Assembly (NCBI GenBank): GCA_051294375.1
Contig: CM119267.1
Span: 21,397,755 to 21,461,754 of the forward strand
From: Paraspadella gotoi
Taxonomy: Eukaryota > Animalia > Chaetognatha
Length of the DNA: 64,000 nucleotides
Direction: 5' to 3'
A program made the position numbers and the translations under genes. Below, piece after piece: positions 55,965-64,000 of the stretch. The notes beneath the pieces were generated by a model. That model was given only the letters and a program-made list of their open reading frames with translations, was not told the DNA's origin and searched no databases. Numbering within the stretch: the first letter of the stretch is position 1; each line of letters begins with the position of its first letter.

Positions 55965-57823
55965 CTTTTTTAATCAGACTTTTATTGTACAGTCATGATC
56001 GACAGCAGCGACGAGGACGACGAGCAGTTGGTAAGACAGAAGAAAAAACAGAAGAAACAGAACGGAGGAGCGTCGACGAGCCACTCCGGCTCCACCGGAT
56101 CGTCCAAGTCCGCCACCGGACCGTCTTTTCCGGAACAGACGCCGAAAAACACGGTGAGGAACGAAGAGTCAAGAGGTAGAATTTTAACTAATTTAATTTC
56201 ATTATCATTTTAATTTTAATTTTAATTCTATCATAAAAAAAATTATCTCGCCCTAAAGGACGCTGCCGCTTCCAATCCCAACGCTCCCATCACCTCAGCC
56301 GTCGCAGCCGCCGCATTCGCAGCCGTCGCAGCCGCCGCCACCGCAGCCGACGCCGATCAATCTCGTCCTCGCCGAACCCTCTTTTCTCCGCTGCCCATCT
56401 GCGTCTCCTGCGGCGGCGGCCTGCCGTCCTTCCTCCACGGCGTCGCCTGTCGATCCCGCAGTCATCGCGTCTGCGGCCAGTGCGTCGCCAAGCTGGCCAA
56501 GCGCGCCGCCAAAGGCGTCGGCGCTCCTTTGGAATGCCCCGGCGCCGGATGTAACGCCGGGATAGATCCGAGGGCGCTCCTGGGTTCCGTCGGCCGGAGG
56601 ATCCGGAAGAAGATCGAGGAGGGAGAAGCGAGGGAGAGGGAGAGGAAGAAGAAGGAGAGGGAAGGAGAAAAGGAAGAAGAGGGGAAGGAAGAGGATGTGA
56701 GGAAGGAGAGAAAGAATGAAAAGATTAAGGGAAAGGCTGGAGTTAAGGATCGAGTTAAAGGGACGAAAGGTCAGGCGGCTGGACAAAAGGAGCCGGTTGA
56801 GGAGAAACGTGATGATGGAGAAAAGGAGGGGGATGCTGAGAAGATGGACGAAGAGGCTGCGGAGCAGAAGGAGCCGGAAGCTGGAGTGAAGAAGGATGAT
56901 GATGATGCTGGAGAGGAAATGGACGATGAAGAGGAAGAGGAGCAAGCTGAGGCTCAGGTTGGGAGCTTGGTCTGCTTGGTCTGCTTGGTCTGGCGGAGGA
57001 TTTAACTAATTTTGTTCGGTAATGTTTAAAATTTTATTTCTTTTTGTGGGAAATTCCTTTGCCCCTTCCACCTCATTATTAGAAGGAAGAAAGACGGAAA
57101 AGTTGGAGAATGGGAGACGGGATTAATCGAAAATGTCCCAAGTAAGTAAGGAGCGAGAGACGAGGGTAGGAAATGGTAAGGGAAGGGATCAAATGGAACA
57201 ATCGGTTAGGGTTAAAAAAAAAAGGAGGAGGGGGAATAAAGAAAAGCGAGGAGAGAGTAAAGTTCGAGACCGACCGACCAAAGCTCGTCAAAAGTAAAAT
57301 GAATGATTTTTACATTGGTGTTGTATCAATTAAATTATTTTACAGATGCCAGTTCACCGTAGCGCTCACCCAGGGCAGCGACGCCGCCTTCTGCCGGTGC
57401 GGCGCTCGTTTCTGCTTCGTCTGCCGGAAATCTCTTCCCTGCTGCTTCGACGCTTCCGGCGTCGCGGATCCGCGTCACTGCCGCGTTTGCCGCGGCCGGC
57501 GATGTCACCCTGAGACGGAACCGCACGCCGTCGTCGTTTTGACGAGGAAGTCGATGCTGCTGAAGAAGTTGTCGGGTGCTTCAGGGATTCCGATGCCGCT
57601 GCCGCCGCCGCCGCCGAAAGCGCCAGTGGTCTCCGCCGATAAGGCTGTGCAAAAGGGAAAGGCTGTCGGGAGGATATTGAAGAGGAAAATGAAGCCGCGA
57701 CGACTCGGGGGGAGAGTCAAGAAAGTTGGCAAGGATCGCAAATCGGCAGGAAAAAGGGCCGGCTTCGTCAAAAATGCGAGAAATATAAGGAATGCTGGTC
57801 CGAGTAGATATTTATTGAAGTGA
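54216..57823 (+). CDS. RNF216/TRIAD3-like RBR-family zinc-finger protein (divergent; probably catalytically inactive)
   Basis: Phase-compatible exons 55532-55715, 55843-55896, 55993-56153, 56259-56957 (RING1: CVSC..CRSRSHRVCGQC..LECPGAGC), 57083-57141 and 57346-57823 (RING2: RKCPKC..QGSDAAFCRCGARFCFVC). Putative upstream exons ~54216-54237 and ~54578-54752 are less certain. Confidence 0.72.
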
Positions 57824-58748
57824 AATGACCAAGTCTGATAGATTAGATTTGCCCTAGATTATGTACTTGTAATTATATAAAAAATTATGTTTTGCTAAAA
57901 AGTTGATCAGAAAATTAACCCAAACTGTCCTTATGTTTTTTTTTTTGGAGGAGATAATTGAACGCGAGAGTGCGTTAGCGCTATCGTAAGGAGTTGTCAG
58001 AAGGCAAAACAAAAGATTCCTTGATTGGCGTTTGATTTTGACGTAAAACATGGAAATAGGATTTAACCTCTTACATTCGTTCTTCGGACATTATACAATA
58101 TTTAGAATAATCGAATTAAATATCCAAGTCCTGATTAATAAGTTCTTGAAGTTTGACAGGTTTTATCCTATGGACATGTGCAAAACTTTTAATTTTACAG
58201 AACGGACATGAATTCGGCCGTCTCCGTAATCGGCCTATAGTCGAAACTTTATTTTCGCTAACCGCTAACTAATTCAGAACCTGCATAACACTAACTCAAA
58301 TCTTTTGCTTTCTATCAACTTGTTACTAAGACTCGATTGAAGCTAAAAAGAACTTATATTCACATGCATAGTACAAGAATCGCTCCAAAAAGACAGTAAC
58401 GCAAATTTTTGGTAGGGCGGCAAATTGTAAAAATCAATTTGGCTTTATTATAGAGTTATTAATTGGCGATGGAAATGTTTCGAAGTATGTTTCAAATTTT
58501 AATTCCTTTGCCAAGCGTACAAGGTCAAATAAACTCGAACAATATCATATAATTTTTGTTTTGTTTTTAAACGCGATAACAAGGATGTGAAGTGGAAAAA
58601 AAACATCTTTCCGAAAGAATAAAAAAAACCGACTAGCAATAAATAAAAAAGAAAAGGGAACGAGATTTCCTAATTTCTAATTCAAAGAGAAAAAAAAATG
58701 TCGGGACGCGCGGCGGTTTTAAAGTCAAAATCATTAGTTTTGTTAGAT

Positions 58749-60078
<1,330 letters not shown>

Positions 60079-60307
60079 TTAGTAATTTCCTCTAATGATT
60101 TTTAAAACTATTTAAAATTAGAAAATTTAATGGATTTTAAACCTTAAAAAAAACTCACTTGTTTGTTTGAGCTTTAAAAAGATCGAAAAATTCGACGGAG
60201 AGAAAAGTTTAAAAAGTGGAATTTTTTTTTCTCGACAGAAAAACCGTTAGCGCGTCTCGTCTTTTTGCTTCGTGAGCGAAACTTGTGCCTTCGTCTCTGC
60301 GTCGCGC

Positions 60308-60782
60308 AGCTTTTAAAGGAAATTCGCCGCCCCGTCGCAGGAGGCCGACGCAGCGGCGGCAGCAGCCGCTTCAGTCGGTACGAAATAACGGCGAAAAAAG
60401 GATGCGTCTCTCGAACTCACTCCATGACCATATAAGGAAGTTTCGGAGAAGCGAATCGACGAGAGAAGGGGAGAGAGACGGATAAAGAGAGGGAGAGGGA
60501 TATTCGGTTTCAGAGATCGCAGCAGCTCACCGAAGGAAAAGCGGCCTCTGATTGGACAGCGGATGAGGAAGATTAAGAGAAGCGAGAGCGGATTGGTCAA
60601 AGGACGTAGCCAGGATCTGTAAAGGTTCTTGATTGGTCGATAGGCTTTTGAGAAAATGTGTGATACTCTTTATATGCTTTCATTGCCTTTCGTGTAACGA
60701 GGACATAAGCTAAATGGACCGGTTCGCTTTCTGATTAGAGCGTTTGAGAATACAACCAAGAAAGAGACGACCTCCTATTGGC
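60308..60782 (-). promoter_or_regulatory. Actin promoter: TATA-like box, CArG (SRF) box and multiple CCAAT boxes
   Basis: Minus-strand TTTAAAA at ~60311-60317; perfect CArG CCATATAAGG at 60428-60437; ATTGG (CCAAT on minus) at ~60551, 60592, 60632 and 60777. Same element types as metazoan cytoplasmic actin promoters. Confidence 0.75.
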
Positions 60783-60876
60783 TGCTGCAATCACGGAGCC
60801 TTCACCGGGATGGCTCTCTGGGTTCACGGGAAAGGAAGAGATTCCGGATGCGTGAATTTCTGCGTGAAGCGGGTTC

Positions 60877-60927
<51 letters not shown>

Positions 60928-62083
60928 CGAGAGGGAGAGAGAACATGCGGGAAACGTGAGGAGCGGACAAATCTCGATCCAGTCTTTGGAAATGATCCGG
61001 GTTTTTGTTTTTATTAACTCACAAAAAAATGTGGTGACATTCGCTTTCATGAATTCGAAGTATTTGGAATACAGAGCTCGGTAAAATTGTATTATATGTA
61101 TTTGAACTGGTATTATAAGTTTCTCTGCATTCTTGAGTTTTCTCTACATACTAATATCAATTGAACATTGATTTAAGAAATACTGTTATCACTGATAAAC
61201 CGTCTGTCTCTGTCTCTCTCGTCTCTTCACAATATACATTCACCCGCCCCCTACTGCGGTCTTAAAACTCTAATCTATCTTATCTAATCTTTCCCATCCC
61301 CTTTTATTCTTTCTCGTTACTTCTAGCAACGGGTCGTCATTAGTCAAGATTAATTGACTGAAGTTCACTTCGCAAAGGATTAAATTAACTAGTATTTCCG
61401 TAACTAATAAAAAATCTTTCTCGACTCATCCTTCATCAAAGATGAAAGTTCAACCGGAATGACTTTAGCATCTGCACTCCCCCACCGCGTTTTTTTTTCT
61501 CCCTTAAATTTCATCATTTTAGGGGGGATGGCGATTTCATTATAACTCACTATTATATTCACTATTATATTTCATTATACGCGCCTTTTTTTTTAAAAAT
61601 AAAATCTGTTAAATATATAGTTATTTAAAAACCAACTGAAATAAATAATTTAGGGACTTATTTTTAACCGCGTATTGATAAATATGATTATAATTTTAAA
61701 TCTACTTGGAATATAATCCCGCCCTCTTCTCACATTTTCCTCTTTTTTTACCCCCGACTCCTCTCACCCCCATTCTTACAATTTTGGTCATTCTTGCTTT
61801 CCCCCTTAAAATTCTTTCTCCTAGCCCCCCAAATGACCCCCCATCTCCACCATTTTCCCGATTGACACCTCCCCTTCCTCACAAAGTCTTTTGAGAAGAA
61901 ACACCCGCCGCGACCACTGGATGATATCAAACGTTAATTCTCCGAGCACACCGCCACCCCTGGATGTTATCAACGCTCGCTTTGCAGACTTCGCTGCAGC
62001 CCGCCGAGCCCGCCGCGGCAGTCGCTCTTAACTCCGCAGCGCAACTGCTGCAGCGTTTGGCGCAGCGCTCCTGCCGCCGGGAC

Positions 62084-62191
<108 letters not shown>

Positions 62192-62213
62192 CTCCCCGCG
62201 AGTTCCAACATTT

Positions 62214-62223
62214 CCTTATATGG
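62214..62223. promoter_or_regulatory. Second CArG box (distal SRF site)
   Basis: CCTTATATGG is the exact reverse complement of the proximal CArG and is flanked by GGAA/TTCC; it lies in a GC-rich patch ~1.8 kb upstream of the proximal box. Confidence 0.55.
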
Positions 62224-62654
62224 AAGTCCATTCTCGTTTTCGGTTCCGAAGAAGGAAAAAAGGAAAAAAAATAAAAACTACGTCGAGAGGAAGAGTGGAA
62301 TTCGAGCGAGACGTCGCCTGGACTTTCTGCGGGAAAAGAGAGAGTGAGAGAGACAGAGAGAAAGACATTATGTCACGATATATGTGGAATTAATTCACGC
62401 CTGGTTGTCGAATAATCGCAGACAATTTGATCTCATATGCGATAAACGGTTGTTTTTTTTTTCTGCGCAGAAATCACGCGGTGATCAGTTTCGATGAAAA
62501 ATGATATATAATTTATTTTCTTCATTCCATACAACGTCAACTTTACATTATACATTTAATGCTGACGTTTCACTCGTAAATCACTTCTTATTCGAAGTTA
62601 CAATGGGTTAAACAAATAATTGAAGCTTGATTTATTAATATTTCAGTCTCATAT

Positions 62655-62910
62655 AATAAATAAACGGGACTGTGAGAGAGTCTTGATTGAAAGCTTGCAG
62701 GGACCTGCTTTGTAATTATCTTGTAAGAGTGATGGAGGCCTTAAACCACCAAAGCCTGTCCAAAGTCAGGGGCAAGATAGCTTATTTAGTAAATGAATGG
62801 ATAATTTTTATATTGGTTGTACCAATTTCATTAAACCAACATAGCCTGTCCAAAGTCCGGGGCAAGATAGCTTATTTATTAAATGAACGGATAATTTTAT
62901 ATTGGTTGAT
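62655..62910. mobile_element. Inverted copy of the same dispersed repeat with a tandemly duplicated end
   Basis: Reverse complement of 5885-6060; AGCCTGTCCAAAGTC..GGGCAAGATAGCTTATTTA..ATATTGGTTG occurs twice (~62753-62819 and ~62843-62908). Confidence 0.8.
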
Positions 62911-63269
62911 CCTCCTTCAATATATTACAAACATGCAAACTTTTAAAAAAAGTCTGGAATTTTAAAACTCTTTTCTGTTTCTCGTTAAATTGTTAATGTC
63001 ATTTTCATAAAAGACAAATCGTTGAGTCTTGAAGAAATTTGACGAATCGCCAGACGAGAAAGTCATCAACTGAGGAGAGTCAGAATATTCTCGAAGTAGC
63101 AGATGCAGCCCATCTATTTGACAGATGCCAAAGATTTTATCAATTCGGGGAGATGCAGAAGAGAGGTTATATAGGTTACCAAAAAGTTTTATTCGGATGG
63201 CGTTTGGTCGGTCGGCTGATTTGTTGGGCAATTAGCTTGTTGGAGAATTGGTTAGTTTATGTGATTTGT

Positions 63270-63736
63270 GGTTTGATATTTGATTTGATTTGATTTGATA
63301 TTTGATTTGATTTGATATTTGATATGATATTTGATTTGATATTTGATTTGATATTTGATTTGATATTTGATTTGATTTGATATTTGATTTGATTTGATTT
63401 GATATTTGATTTGATATTTGATTTTATATTTGATTTGATATTTGATTTGATATTTGATTTGATATTTGATTTGATATCTGATTTGATATTTGATTTGATT
63501 TGATATTTGATATTTGATATTTGATATTTGATATGATTTGATATGATTTGATATGATTTGATATGATTTTGATTTGATATTTGATTTGATATTTGGCTTG
63601 GCTAAGATGGCTGGGCTTGGCTTGGATTGGCTTGGCTTGGTTGGCTTGGTTGGCTTGGTTTGCTTGCTTGGCTTGGTTGGCTTGCTTGGCTTGCTTGGCT
63701 TGCTTGGCTTGCTTTGCTTTGCTTTGCTTTGCTTTG
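63270..63736 (+). repeat. Compound simple repeat (ATTTG)/(ATATTTG)n followed by (GCTTG)/(GCTTT)n
   Basis: Directly visible tandem arrays. Confidence 0.95.
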
Positions 63737-64000
63737 ATTATTTTTCAACTGATTTTGATTCAAGAAAAATCCAGCCGAAACCGAATTGAATCATCCGACT
63801 CGTCAGAAAAAAAAAATCTTCAACGCAGTTCCTCTCGGCCTCGGGGTCATTTCTGTTCGATCCCTTTGTTTTCCGGCGGCGGGAAATCGAGCCGGGTTGC
63901 CGAACGGCAGGGTTGGTCGGTCGGTCTTTCCGCTTTCGGCTACGAACTTCCTTCTTTCGTTTTCGTGTCGCAGATTTTTTTCCCTTTTTTTTCGTCTTTT

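Noticed and set aside
62962-63231. 89-aa minus-strand ORF with a faint SH2-like stretch (DGLHLLLREYSDSPQLMTFS)
   Set aside because: No convincing domain, splice context or partner exon in the window.

Overview
Animal (invertebrate-type) nuclear genomic DNA with AT-rich introns, abundant (GA)n microsatellites and three N gaps; several segments carry homopolymer-type indels suggesting uncorrected long-read sequence. It holds two tandem, minus-strand, multi-exon SLC4 (band-3/anion-exchanger family) paralogues (A ~3111-14357, B ~19803-35675), preceded by a near-identical, error-rich second copy of A's 3' end across a gap (1-2219). These are followed by a G-protein alpha-o gene (-, 45248-51693) with an antisense intronic tRNA-Asp(GTC), an RNF216-like RBR gene (+, ~54200-57823) and a cytoplasmic actin (-, 58749-60045) with a CArG/CCAAT/TATA-like promoter. 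Most notable: (i) both SLC4s share a non-canonical anion site (AE-type Glu, but TM10 'TACPVLS' lacking the AE Arg); (ii) they carry different linear-motif arrays in disordered cytoplasmic regions: ~8 'SGWxxLRKA' calmodulin-binding-like repeats in A versus RRxS, PxIxIT-like, RVxF and poly-His motifs in B; (iii) the RBR protein lacks an IBR and has Ser in place of the catalytic Cys; (iv) a Penelope-type hammerhead palindrome is interrupted by a foldback transposon with a 9-bp target duplication. Exon boundaries and family assignments were read by eye; no database search was run.
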